Part shown: positions 28,372 through 37,075 of the stretch, piece by piece
Position numbering within the stretch: the stretch's first letter is position 1
Layout of the letters: each line of letters starts with the position of its first letter
Assembly: GCA_045602645.1 (NCBI GenBank)
Contig: JAZSBZ010000042.1
Coordinates: 1-55,925, forward strand
DNA: 55,925 nt
Reading direction: 5' to 3'
Source: Candidatus Scatovivens sp.
GTDB lineage: Bacteria; Bacillota; Clostridia; TANB77; CAG-508
Program-made: the position numbers and the translations under genes
The notes under the pieces: model-generated
The model's database searches: none
The model's input: the letters and a program-made list of their open reading frames with translations, nothing else
Told to the model about the DNA's origin: nothing

Positions 28372-28701
28372 ATGAATGTAACAATGAGAAATGTAAAGAA
28401 GGAGTTTCCAAAAATAATTGAATTAGAATATTGCGAATTATCAAATCTATTGAGATACAAAAACGCAGACTTTACTACTTCAGGAGTTTATGGTTGGAAT
28501 GCTGATATCTATGCCGTAACATACGACACAGCAATTTGTACAGGTTATAGACCTTTTGGAAATATAAAAGTAAAAAGAGATGTTATAAAAAAATACGACA
28601 ATGAAGCTTTTGAGATATACAAAAACGAAGCTGATTATGAAAAGGCAAGAGGGAAAGTAGAAAAATTATTGCAAAAATTCATAAAAGAAGTTACAGAGTA
28701 A
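28372..28701 (+). CDS. hypothetical protein (YGWNADIY motif)
   Basis: 109 aa with SD aggagg. First gene behind promoter B. Confidence 0.55.
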   Translation: MNVTMRNVKKEFPKIIELEYCELSNLLRYKNADFTTSGVYGWNADIYAVTYDTAICTGYRPFGNIKVKRDVIKKYDNEAFEIYKNEADYEKARGKVEKLLQKFIKEVTE

Positions 28702-28730
28702 AAATAAAATAAAAATGGAGGGCTAAAAAA

Positions 28731-29021
28731 ATGCAAAGAAATAATCAAGTATATAATAATTATAAAAATACAAGTAAAAACGACAGACACATTTTAATTA
28801 CTGGGAATTTAGCAGATGTTATAATGGACGACTTCAACGAATGGCTAGACGACCACAACATTATGTTTTGGGATGATAACATGCAAGAACATGTTGATGA
28901 ATATATAATGTCATTGTTTTACCAATTGCAGGACGAAGGTTTGACAAATGAAGAAATCGAAAGCATGGAAAATTCAATTAAAAGAATTTTGATAAACTAT
29001 TGCGAAACTATACCATTTTAA
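28731..29021 (+). CDS. acidic hypothetical protein
   Basis: 96 aa with SD ggaggg. Confidence 0.55.
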   Translation: MQRNNQVYNNYKNTSKNDRHILITGNLADVIMDDFNEWLDDHNIMFWDDNMQEHVDEYIMSLFYQLQDEGLTNEEIESMENSIKRILINYCETIPF

Positions 29022-29023
29022 GA

Positions 29024-29047
29024 AGCGGAACTATAAACCGCTTTTTG
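29024..29047 (+). terminator. hairpin with T5 (partial terminator)
   Basis: Stem agcgg/ccgct, 9-nt loop, then ttttt. Confidence 0.45.
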
Positions 29048-29073
29048 TTATAAAAAATAAGGAGGTACAGAAA

Positions 29074-29607
29074 ATGGCTTTAACTGATAGCTTTAATGCA
29101 GTATATAACAAAAAGGAACAATCAAAAATCGAAAGACAAAAGATAAAACTACATGATGAATTACTGGAAATGGAACTTTTGGAAAGCTTGCAAGCTTTAC
29201 AACTCGACTATATTACAAAAAATGACAAAAACATGTTACTATTGCCAAAAACAAAAAATGATCTAATAAATGAAATAATAAACACAAACAGCACTAAGAT
29301 ATTAAAAAATAGCAAATATATGGATTCAGACTTTCAAAAAGCTTATCTACTTAAAAAATACGATATCATAACAAATAAAACTTTACGACTTGCCAAAACT
29401 TTTGACAAGATACAAGAAGAAAAAGAAGCGGAAGAGCTAAAAAAAGAGCTTGAAAATGCAAATATTGTTGAAATATCACGCAAACAAGCAAAAACCAAAA
29501 TTAATATAAATTGGTCAAAAATATTGACAGTATGCGGATATATTGCAATAGCTCCATTGTTTATCTTATGGGGTATTATAGATGGAATTTGTAAAAATAA
29601 AAAATAG
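29074..29607 (+). CDS. coiled-coil protein with C-terminal TM anchor
   Basis: 177 aa. K/E-rich helical body with the tail VCGYIAIAPLFILWGIIDGIC. SD aaggagg. Confidence 0.55.
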   Translation: MALTDSFNAVYNKKEQSKIERQKIKLHDELLEMELLESLQALQLDYITKNDKNMLLLPKTKNDLINEIINTNSTKILKNSKYMDSDFQKAYLLKKYDIITNKTLRLAKTFDKIQEEKEAEELKKELENANIVEISRKQAKTKININWSKILTVCGYIAIAPLFILWGIIDGICKNKK

Positions 29608-29622
29608 GAGGATTTTAAAAAA

Positions 29623-29808
29623 ATGAATGAATTAATTAATAAAATAAGAAACAATAAAAAAATAGAATATAATGGGGCTACATATTATCACATAACTTTT
29701 AACACATTAAAAAAACATGCGGAAAATTTTAAATATTATAATATAATCAGTTTTGACAACAAACACGGGAACTATGCAAAAAATAAATTATATATACAAT
29801 TACCCTAA
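29623..29808 (+). CDS. hypothetical protein
   Basis: 61 aa with SD aggagg. Confidence 0.5.
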   Translation: MNELINKIRNNKKIEYNGATYYHITFNTLKKHAENFKYYNIISFDNKHGNYAKNKLYIQLP

Positions 29809-29818
29809 TATTATTAAA

Positions 29819-29842
29819 AGCGGTTTAAATACCGCTTTTTTT
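29819..29842. terminator. bidirectional rho-independent terminator
   Basis: Stem agcggt/accgct, 6-nt loop, T7 downstream and an A run upstream. Confidence 0.7.
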
Positions 29843-30158
29843 GTTGTTTTTTGGAACTATAAAACATTGTAAAATTACAATAAAATGTCATGCCTTTGAA
29901 ACGCTTTAGGATTGATTTTAAGGCGTTTTTATTCTTAGATATATACTTATATTATTTAAGTATAAAAATTGAAATTTACCCGTTTTTTGTTTGTTTGTAT
30001 TGATTTTAATTATAAAACTATATTATAATTTTTTTAAAAATATGCATAAAATAGGTATTTCACGCAACTTTTATTTTATGTAAACTATTCTGGAATTTCA
30101 TGTATTTTTACGAATTTTTAGATTTTTTGAATTTTGGGAACTCGTTCAAAAATGCCTC

Positions 30159-30344
30159 AAAGTCGCATCGGTTTTTGGAAAATTTTCAAAAAAAATTTTT
30201 TTATTTTTTCTCTTCAAAGTCGCAGACACTTTTAGGAAAAAAATAAAAGTCTAACGACAATCTTCTGAAAGTCGCTAGGCTTTTGTTGTATGCAATACTA
30301 AATATAATATACCACATTCCCAATTAAAAGTCAACCGAAGTCGC
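30159..30344. repeat. four dispersed AAAGTCGC (minus: GCGACTTT) repeats in the terS 3' non-coding region
   Basis: aaagtcgc at 30159, 30216 and 30268; gaagtcgc at 30337. The first two copies share a longer context, tcaaagtcgcaNNNNNttttNggaaaa. Confidence 0.5.
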
Positions 30345-30348
30345 AATA

Positions 30349-30906
30349 TTATTTTTCATCAGAAGCGGATTCCTCTGCCTCTGCTTCAATTGGCTTTTCT
30401 TCTGGTGCTTCTGGTAAAGCTGAGATTAAATCATCACCATTAGTTGGAACATCACCAGTTGGAGTTACCGCAGCCTCAATTTGTTGCACATCTTTCATTC
30501 CTAGATAGTTCTTCGCTCTAAAGATCCAAAGCACAGGTGGAATTTTCCCATCACGCACCATAGAGCTCTCCATAAGGGCAACAACCTCCTTTGCCCTTTT
30601 GATGATTTGCGAGTATTGCTTGTAGCCTTCATATTGCCCAGCTCTCATATCATAAAAAGTACGAGAAGGGATACCACAAGCAACAGCGATAGATTCATAA
30701 GTAGGGACATTACCAGTAGAGGAACAAAGGTCAAAAAGTTGTTGAATTCTATCTTCCATCTCTTCTGGAGTAGAAACTCTTTTAACATTTAAAGCATTAA
30801 CTGCGAGAGCAAATTTCCAAGTATTTTTAATATATTCTTTATCAACATCTTTTAAAGCTTTTTGCAAGCTAGAACGATTGCCAATATTATTAACATCTTT
30901 ACTCAT
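30349..30906 (-). CDS. terS: terminase small subunit
   Basis: TYESIAVACGIPSRTFYDM HTH followed by ..RAKEVVALMESSMVRDGKIPPVLWIFRAKNYLGMKD, typical of Firmicute phage TerS. Acidic tail. ATG 30906 has SD gaggtga. Confidence 0.7.
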   Translation of the reverse strand: MSKDVNNIGNRSSLQKALKDVDKEYIKNTWKFALAVNALNVKRVSTPEEMEDRIQQLFDLCSSTGNVPTYESIAVACGIPSRTFYDMRAGQYEGYKQYSQIIKRAKEVVALMESSMVRDGKIPPVLWIFRAKNYLGMKDVQQIEAAVTPTGDVPTNGDDLISALPEAPEEKPIEAEAEESASDEK

Positions 30907-30925
30907 TCGTATCACCTCTAATAGA

Positions 30926-30954
30926 ATTATAGCACAAAGTCGAAAAAGGTGCAA
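30926..30954 (-). promoter_or_regulatory. extended -10 promoter for terS
   Basis: Minus strand: TTGCAC, 17 nt, TGCTATAAT. Confidence 0.45.
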
Positions 30955-30973
30955 CCACTTTTAATTGGAAAAT

Positions 30974-31000
30974 AAAAAAAATAAAAAAAATAAAAAAAAA
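30974..31000. repeat. phased A-tracts (A8-T-A8-T-A9)
   Basis: Read directly from the sequence. 9-bp periodicity, likely intrinsically bent DNA next to the iteron field. Confidence 0.7.
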
Positions 31001-31025
31001 CAATTCAAAACAAAACAAAGGTATC

Positions 31026-31273
31026 GTAACAGAAGTAACATATAAGTAACACCCTAAGTAACAATGAAACTCCTTTATTTTAGAGGGTTTATGCTATAAT
31101 GTTACTTATGTTACTTATATATTATATAAAAGAGTATAGAAGAGAGAGTAATAGTAGTATATAGGGGTATAAAAAGGAAAAGTTTTGAAACACTAAGTAA
31201 CAAGTAACAAAATGACGACTTTGCTTGCTATTACTGGAGTTAAGCTGTTACTTAAGATGTTACTTTGTTACTT
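31026..31273. repeat. iteron field: ten AAGTAACA/TGTTACTT 8-mers plus one partial copy (candidate origin or operator array)
   Basis: Forward copies at 31033, 31044, 31056, 31195 and 31202, plus gtaaca at 31026. Reverse copies at 31100, 31109, 31246, 31258 and 31266. No ORF. Confidence 0.75.
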
Positions 31274-31427
31274 ATGTCCCTCAGCAAAGTATACATAATA
31301 TTGCTTTTATTCATTTATGTGAACATTTTTAAAAAGAAAAATGATGGCAAAAAAAGCGTTACGAAGTCACAATAATTAGTTAACATAATAATTATAAAAA
31401 AATTTTAAAAAAATTATAAAAAATCTA

Positions 31428-31456
31428 TTGACATTTTAAAAATAAAATGCTAATAT
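31428..31456 (+). promoter_or_regulatory. sigma-70 promoter of the early/replication operon
   Basis: TTGACA, 17 nt, TAATAT, with an A/T-rich UP-like region upstream. Confidence 0.6.
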
Positions 31457-31492
31457 AAATTTATCACAATAAAACAAGAAAGGAGAATAAGA

Positions 31493-31654
31493 ATGAGAAG
31501 GAAATTAAGACAAGTAACATCAGATTATGGCACATTATTATTTACGATACCAAAATATTATGTTGAAGAATTAAAATTAAAAGCGAATCAAGAAGTCGAA
31601 GTAGAGCTCAAAGGAAAAAGAATAATTATATCTTTGATTGAAGAAAAGATATAG
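31493..31654 (+). CDS. AbrB/SpoVT/MazE-type DNA-binding protein
   Basis: 53-aa ORF below the cutoff (MRRKLRQVTSDYGTLLFTIPKYYVEELKLKANQEVEVELKGKRIIISL), a swapped-hairpin pattern. SD aggag. Confidence 0.55.
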   Translation: MRRKLRQVTSDYGTLLFTIPKYYVEELKLKANQEVEVELKGKRIIISLIEEKI

Positions 31655-31669
31655 GAAAGGAAAGACGAA

Positions 31670-33124
31670 ATGGTAAAAGCAGAAAAAAAAGACACTCAAA
31701 ACAAAAAAAATAATATCATACAGTTGGATGAACAATGGGCATATAGATTAGATAGAAAAGAAGATGGAAAAATTAAACAAACAATCAATAATTTTTATAT
31801 CTTGTTAGAAAATGATGAACGATTTAAAGGGAAAATTTTATATAATGAAATGAGCAATCAAATAGAAATTTTAGATAAAAATAAAAATAAAAGAGCTATT
31901 CAAGATGTAGATACAGATAGGATGCAAAAAATAATTGAGAAAGATTATAATATCTATGATGTAAAAAAATTTGAAAGTGCATTAAGGGATATTGCAGATA
32001 ATAATTCTTATAATCCAATTAAAGAATACCTTGAAAGTCTTAAATGGGATGGAGTTAAAAGAATTGACACAGCTTTTGCTGATTATTTTAATGCAGAGCC
32101 CACAGAATATAATGCAATGTGTATGAGATTGATTTTGTTTGGAGCAATTGAGAGAATATATAATCCTGGAGCACAGTTCGACTATATGTTTATTATAAAA
32201 GGAGCACAAGGCTTGGGGAAATCTACTTTTTTTAAAAAATTATGTGGAGATCCTAAATATTATCAAGACGATTTAAGTAGCCTTAATAATGATAAAGTTT
32301 TTGATAAAACTCGTGGTAAATGGATAGTTGAAATGTCAGAACTTAGAGCAATGAAAAATGTAGATTTAGAGAGATTAAAAGCTTATATAACAACTAGAAA
32401 TGAAACTTATAGATTACCTTATGCAAAGTTTTCAAAAGATTATCCTAGAAAGTTTATTTTAATTGGAACAACTAATGCTAAACGTTTTTTAATTGATGAT
32501 ACAGGTGAAAGACGTTTTCCAATAGTTGAAGTAACATTTGATATGGATAGAAGAAAATTAAAAAAAGATTTATTTAAAGAAGAAGAATCTGAAAATATTA
32601 AGCAAATATTAGCAGAAGCTTTTTATGAATATAAAAATGGAAAAAAGTTTTTGGAAATACCTTACAAATTTAGAGCTGAAATGGAATTATTGCAATCAAG
32701 GTCTAAAGAAGAAGACCATAGAGTCGGGATAATCGAAAGTTATTTGGAAGACAAGGATTTTTGTTGCCCCTTTGAAATATGGTGTGAAGCATTTGGACAT
32801 CAAAAAAAAGATAAATATACTCGTACAGATAGTCAAAAAATTGTTAGTGCAATAGAGAAAATCGGAGGTTGGAGACCTTATTCAGGAAATGCCGCTCACA
32901 GAAAAAGAATATCAGTAATAGTTAATACAAATTATGGTACTGAAAGACACGATTATGGTTCACAAGTATGTTATGAAAGACACCCTAGTTTAGAGGAGAT
33001 TAGGTTGAGGGAAAAACAACAAAAAGAAGAAGAAGTTAAAAAAAAGAATTTTACAACAAACTTAAATAATCTTACAGGGCAAGATTTAAAACACGAAGAT
33101 TACATATTAGATATTAATTATTAG
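31670..33124 (+). CDS. VirE-family primase-helicase (P-loop NTPase)
   Basis: 484 aa. Walker A KGAQGLGKSTFF and Walker B WIVEMSEL. The overall pattern resembles virulence-associated protein E / D5-like helicases. Confidence 0.7.
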   Translation: MVKAEKKDTQNKKNNIIQLDEQWAYRLDRKEDGKIKQTINNFYILLENDERFKGKILYNEMSNQIEILDKNKNKRAIQDVDTDRMQKIIEKDYNIYDVKKFESALRDIADNNSYNPIKEYLESLKWDGVKRIDTAFADYFNAEPTEYNAMCMRLILFGAIERIYNPGAQFDYMFIIKGAQGLGKSTFFKKLCGDPKYYQDDLSSLNNDKVFDKTRGKWIVEMSELRAMKNVDLERLKAYITTRNETYRLPYAKFSKDYPRKFILIGTTNAKRFLIDDTGERRFPIVEVTFDMDRRKLKKDLFKEEESENIKQILAEAFYEYKNGKKFLEIPYKFRAEMELLQSRSKEEDHRVGIIESYLEDKDFCCPFEIWCEAFGHQKKDKYTRTDSQKIVSAIEKIGGWRPYSGNAAHRKRISVIVNTNYGTERHDYGSQVCYERHPSLEEIRLREKQQKEEEVKKKNFTTNLNNLTGQDLKHEDYILDINY

Positions 33125-33135
33125 GAGGAAAAGAT

Positions 33136-33660
33136 ATGTTATTAAGATTTTACGAAAAAGGGAATTTTGGATATATAAACACAGATAAAATTGAGTATTT
33201 TTATTTAAGGCGAAATATGCAGAGCGACAATGAGGATGAATACACTTTATTTGCAAAAACATCTAAAGAAAATATAGTTGTTGAGGAATGTGTTTCTTGG
33301 AAAGAGCATTTATATATAATGGATAAAATATCAGAAGCTCTTTCTACTAATAATGGTGAAATAATAAAACCAACTGATTATGCAAATATATTTAATGACA
33401 ATACTTTTTTAGAATATTGTATGCTTGAAGATAAAACAACTGAAACTTTGGAAAAAGCTATTTCTAAAATATCAGAAGAACCGAATTTTTGCGAAAGTGA
33501 CAATTTTAAAGTTTTTGTATGGATGTTTAAAAATCTAACCAAAGAAGAATTAAAAGAAATTGATAAAATTAAAGAAGAGTATTTTAATTATTTGAATTTA
33601 GTTGATCCAAAGTTGCTTAGATATATGAAATACAATTTAATAGGAGGAATATCAATATGA
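33136..33660 (+). CDS. hypothetical protein
   Basis: 174 aa with SD aggagg. Confidence 0.5.
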   Translation: MLLRFYEKGNFGYINTDKIEYFYLRRNMQSDNEDEYTLFAKTSKENIVVEECVSWKEHLYIMDKISEALSTNNGEIIKPTDYANIFNDNTFLEYCMLEDKTTETLEKAISKISEEPNFCESDNFKVFVWMFKNLTKEELKEIDKIKEEYFNYLNLVDPKLLRYMKYNLIGGISI

Positions 33661-33911
33661 ATAAAGATGAATTGCATGAAGAATCAAATAAAAATATAGA
33701 CTTAGCAAATTTAATGCTTGATATGGTGATAGCGGCAGGAAATAGAAAAGCAAAAATAATGAGAAAAAGTAATGACATTAGAAAAATTTTAAATAAAATT
33801 GAATATGAATTTACGAAAGAAGATTCAAAAGATACAGAGCAAATAATAGAATTTTTAGAAGATAAAGAAAAAGAAATAAAATCTTTTTATAATAATTTGA
33901 AAAGGAGATGA
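33657..33911 (+). CDS. hypothetical protein
   Basis: 84 aa, ATGA-coupled. Confidence 0.5.
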   Translation: MNKDELHEESNKNIDLANLMLDMVIAAGNRKAKIMRKSNDIRKILNKIEYEFTKEDSKDTEQIIEFLEDKEKEIKSFYNNLKRR

Positions 33912-34363
33912 TTAAGTTGAGACTTTGGCATTACAAATTATTGCCTGTTTTGCCTGATAGGTTCATTATAGCAGAATGGCGAGAGTGTATTGCTATAAAA
34001 AGGCAATGGGAAAAAGGAACATTAAAACATAGGTTGGTTAGTTATGTAATGGATTACGATAAAACTTTATTTATAAAATATGTTGCAGATATTTGCAAAG
34101 AAATGGGAAAAAGGAAAATTAATTGGAAGGCGGGTTATTATATAGAAATAATAAACTTTTGTAAAAAATCGGACTATACTATTCCTAAATATGACGAAAT
34201 ACCTTACTATCCCGAACATAACGATCGCTATTTACAACAATGTCTTTACAACTTAGAAGAAAAATACGATAGAGGAATTATAAGCAAAGAAGAATGGAGT
34301 AAAATTGAAGAATTTTGGGACGATTTTACAAGAGAGAAATCAATGGAGGAAAATGATGAATGA
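33908..34363 (+). CDS. pyrimidine-dimer DNA glycosylase-like protein (endonuclease V / TIGR02328-like)
   Basis: The N-terminus RLWHYKLLPVLPDRFIIAEWRECIAI resembles the T4 endoV-type motif. Confidence 0.45.
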   Translation: MIKLRLWHYKLLPVLPDRFIIAEWRECIAIKRQWEKGTLKHRLVSYVMDYDKTLFIKYVADICKEMGKRKINWKAGYYIEIINFCKKSDYTIPKYDEIPYYPEHNDRYLQQCLYNLEEKYDRGIISKEEWSKIEEFWDDFTREKSMEENDE

Positions 34364-34512
34364 AAAGAATATTATTAATTGTTTTAATTGTGTTATGTAA
34401 AGGCTTTTTGTCTGCATGGTTAAATAGTCTAAACGTAGATATTGAGTATATATACACAATACACTTTATGGCTGGTTGGATTTGTTGTTTTATAACATTT
34501 TATGATAGTTGA
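34360..34512 (+). CDS. possible small membrane protein
   Basis: 50-aa ORF below the cutoff (MKRILLIVLIVLCKGFLSAW..). ATGA overlap with the upstream stop. Confidence 0.35.
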   Translation: MKRILLIVLIVLCKGFLSAWLNSLNVDIEYIYTIHFMAGWICCFITFYDS

Positions 34513-34527
34513 GGAGGTGATAAAAAG

Positions 34528-35373
34528 ATGAATGAAAAAAGTGTTGATTTTTATTTATACGATTTGAGTACGAAATTTGAAAAAATAAACCCAGAGGAGT
34601 ATTATTTATCTTATAGTGGTGGAAAAGACAGCCATCTCCTGTATTGGTTTATTAAAGAATATTTAAAAGATAATAAAATAAAAATTGTTGGGATAAATAC
34701 ATATATGGAGCATCCAGAAATAAGAAAAAGAATTTATGATAATTCAGATATTGTATTACTTCCGATTTTAAAGCCATTTGAAATAAAAGAAAAATACGGA
34801 ATACCTTGTTTTTCAAAAGAACAGGATTTTTATATATATTATTATCAAAATGCGATAAGAAAAGGTAAAAAACCATCAAAAACAATAGAACAAAAAATAA
34901 TGGGAACTTATGACAAAGGTTTTTCTGGAATTAGTAAAAATGCAAGGGAATATGTATTAAGTAAAAATGCACATAAAATAACACATTTATGTTGCTATTA
35001 TCTAAAGAAAGAGCCAGCTAAAAGATTTGAAAAACAAACTAGATTAAAACCTATTTTAGGAATTAGAGCTAATGAAAGTTCTTTAAGAAAAAGACAGTAT
35101 GGTAGTTGTTTCCAAAAGAATGGGAAATTTACTCCTATATGGGATTTAGGAGACGATTTATTGAACGGTATTTATGAAAAATATAATATAGAGATCCCAA
35201 AAGTTTATGATTATGTTCAAAGAACTGGTTGTATGGAATGTCCTTATGGAAGTTATAAACACGATACCGAAAAAGAATTAAAATTGATAAATGGAAAGCA
35301 AAAAGAATTTATATGTAATTATTTCAAAGAAAGTTATGAAGTTTTAGGAATTAAGAAAGGAGATATGAAATGA
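34528..35373 (+). CDS. PAPS reductase / PP-loop ATPase family protein
   Basis: SYSGGKDSHLL PP-loop and a C-terminal TGCMECPYG Cys cluster. SD gaggaggtg. Confidence 0.7.
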   Translation: MNEKSVDFYLYDLSTKFEKINPEEYYLSYSGGKDSHLLYWFIKEYLKDNKIKIVGINTYMEHPEIRKRIYDNSDIVLLPILKPFEIKEKYGIPCFSKEQDFYIYYYQNAIRKGKKPSKTIEQKIMGTYDKGFSGISKNAREYVLSKNAHKITHLCCYYLKKEPAKRFEKQTRLKPILGIRANESSLRKRQYGSCFQKNGKFTPIWDLGDDLLNGIYEKYNIEIPKVYDYVQRTGCMECPYGSYKHDTEKELKLINGKQKEFICNYFKESYEVLGIKKGDMK

Positions 35374-35609
35374 GTTTAGGAGATGATATGCTAACAAAAC
35401 TAGGTTATACAAAATATGATTTAAAAGAAAGTGAGTATTTTTTTAATAAAGGTAAAAAGATGGATTGGATTGAATTTTTAAAAAACGAAAAAAAAATAAA
35501 AGTGAGAGCTGATTTAAGCTTAGAGGAGTTAAAAGCAATAAATATAAAATGTAAAGAAATTGGTTTAATTTACGAAGAAAAGGAGGTGATAAAAAATGAG
35601 CAGATGTAG
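35370..35609 (+). CDS. hypothetical protein
   Basis: 79 aa, ATGA-coupled, with SD aggag. Confidence 0.5.
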   Translation: MSLGDDMLTKLGYTKYDLKESEYFFNKGKKMDWIEFLKNEKKIKVRADLSLEELKAINIKCKEIGLIYEEKEVIKNEQM

Positions 35610-35796
35610 TAAGAAATGCAATGAAATAAAAGCTAAAATTGACAGTATAAGCGGATTAGACGATTACAATATTTTTGAAGCTTTAAATATGTTAGAAGAT
35701 ATAGTTGATATATTTATAAAAAATATAGAAAAATATGCAGACGAAGATAAATTAAACGGAACTTGTTTTAAGAGATTTAAGAGAGAGGAGAAATAA
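35596..35796 (+). CDS. hypothetical protein
   Basis: 66 aa with SD aaggaggtg. Confidence 0.5.
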   Translation: MSRCSKKCNEIKAKIDSISGLDDYNIFEALNMLEDIVDIFIKNIEKYADEDKLNGTCFKRFKREEK

Positions 35797-35990
35797 TGGA
35801 TAGAAAAGAAAAAGAAAAATTAAAGAAAGATTTGTATAAACTTGGTCATTTTATAAGCGATTTGGGCGACTTAGAATATATAGAATTTTGTAAAGACGAT
35901 GAAGATTACAAATATTTATTAGCGACTTTACAAAATTATTATACAAAAATAAAACAAGATATAGAAGGTGTTAAAAATGAGAAACAATAG
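35796..35990 (+). CDS. hypothetical protein
   Basis: 64 aa with SD gaggag. Confidence 0.5.
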   Translation: MDRKEKEKLKKDLYKLGHFISDLGDLEYIEFCKDDEDYKYLLATLQNYYTKIKQDIEGVKNEKQ

Positions 35991-36159
35991 AGCAGTAGTG
36001 CAGACTAAATTAATTTGTCCTAAATGTGGAAACAAAGTTGAAGTATTTAGAAAAGAAAATAAGCAAAAGAAATTCGGGCATAAAAAATGGTTATGGTGTT
36101 ACAAATGTAAACGAATGATAAATCATATTGAAATAAAAGATGAAATGATGGAGGAATAG
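35977..36159 (+). CDS. zinc-ribbon protein
   Basis: CPKCGNK...CYKCKR. ATG 35977 has SD aaggtg (the track start at 35968 is GTG). Confidence 0.5.
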   Translation: MRNNRAVVQTKLICPKCGNKVEVFRKENKQKKFGHKKWLWCYKCKRMINHIEIKDEMMEE

Positions 36160-36162
36160 AAG

Positions 36163-37074
36163 ATGGAATTTAATAAATATCAACACATAGAGAGGTTTGG
36201 GAATGATGAAGTGGAAGGAATCGAATTTGGAAAATGTTTTGTTTTTTATAAAATAGACGGGACGAATGGATCTGTTTGGCTAAATGATGAAGGAAATATA
36301 AAAGCAGGTAGTAGAAATAGAGAACTAACACTAGAAAAAGATAACGCAGATTTTTACGCATATATATTGCAAAGTGAAAAAATAAAGAAATATATAAAAA
36401 AGCATCCTACTCATAGGTTGTTTGGAGAGTGGTTGGTTCCACATTCAATAAAAACGTATAGGCAAGATGCATGGAGAAAATTTTATATATTTGATGTGGC
36501 ATTGCATAAAGACGATGAAACAGAGGAGTATTTGCCTTATGAAATATATAAACCTTTATTAGATGAATTTGATTTGGATTATGTTCCGCCATTAGCAGAA
36601 TTAAAAAATCCGACAGAAGAAACATTAATTAAATTGTTGGATAAGACAGGGCAATTTTTAGTTGAAGACGGAAAAGGAAATGGAGAAGGAATTGTTATTA
36701 AAAACTACGATTTTTATAATAAATACGAAAGACAAACTTGGGCAAAAATAGTAAGTAATGAATTTAAAGAAAAACACGCAAAAGCTATGGGAGCGAGCAT
36801 TACGAATCAAGCCGAGATAATAGAAGAAAAAATTATTATAAAATATTGTACAGAAGCTTTTATTGAAAAAGAATATCAAAAGATTGTAAATGAAAAACAA
36901 GGATGGAGAAGTCAATATATTCCAATGCTTTTAAGTAGAGTATTTTATGAATTGATTAATGAAGAAACATGGCATTTTATAAAAGAATTCCACAATCCAA
37001 AAATCAATTTTAAAACATTAAATGCGTTAACAATACAAAAGGTAAAAGAAGTCAAAAAGGAGGTATTTAATTAA
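36163..37074 (+). CDS. RNA ligase (Rnl2/DRB0094-like nucleotidyltransferase)
   Basis: Motif I YKIDGTNGS (KxDGxN), motif III FGEW, motif IV GEGIVIKN, motif V WAKIVSNEFKEK. Confidence 0.75.
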   Translation: MEFNKYQHIERFGNDEVEGIEFGKCFVFYKIDGTNGSVWLNDEGNIKAGSRNRELTLEKDNADFYAYILQSEKIKKYIKKHPTHRLFGEWLVPHSIKTYRQDAWRKFYIFDVALHKDDETEEYLPYEIYKPLLDEFDLDYVPPLAELKNPTEETLIKLLDKTGQFLVEDGKGNGEGIVIKNYDFYNKYERQTWAKIVSNEFKEKHAKAMGASITNQAEIIEEKIIIKYCTEAFIEKEYQKIVNEKQGWRSQYIPMLLSRVFYELINEETWHFIKEFHNPKINFKTLNALTIQKVKEVKKEVFN

Positions 37075-37075
37075 G

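Noticed and set aside
29343-29654. Minus-strand 103-aa ORF
   Set aside because: It is antisense to ORF 29074..29607, which has an SD and a clear TM anchor.
31026-31273. Possible CRISPR array, because of the many short repeats
   Set aside because: The repeat unit is only 8 bp, it occurs in both orientations with irregular 1-80-bp spacing, and there are no cas genes. The pattern is iteron- or operator-like, not CRISPR.
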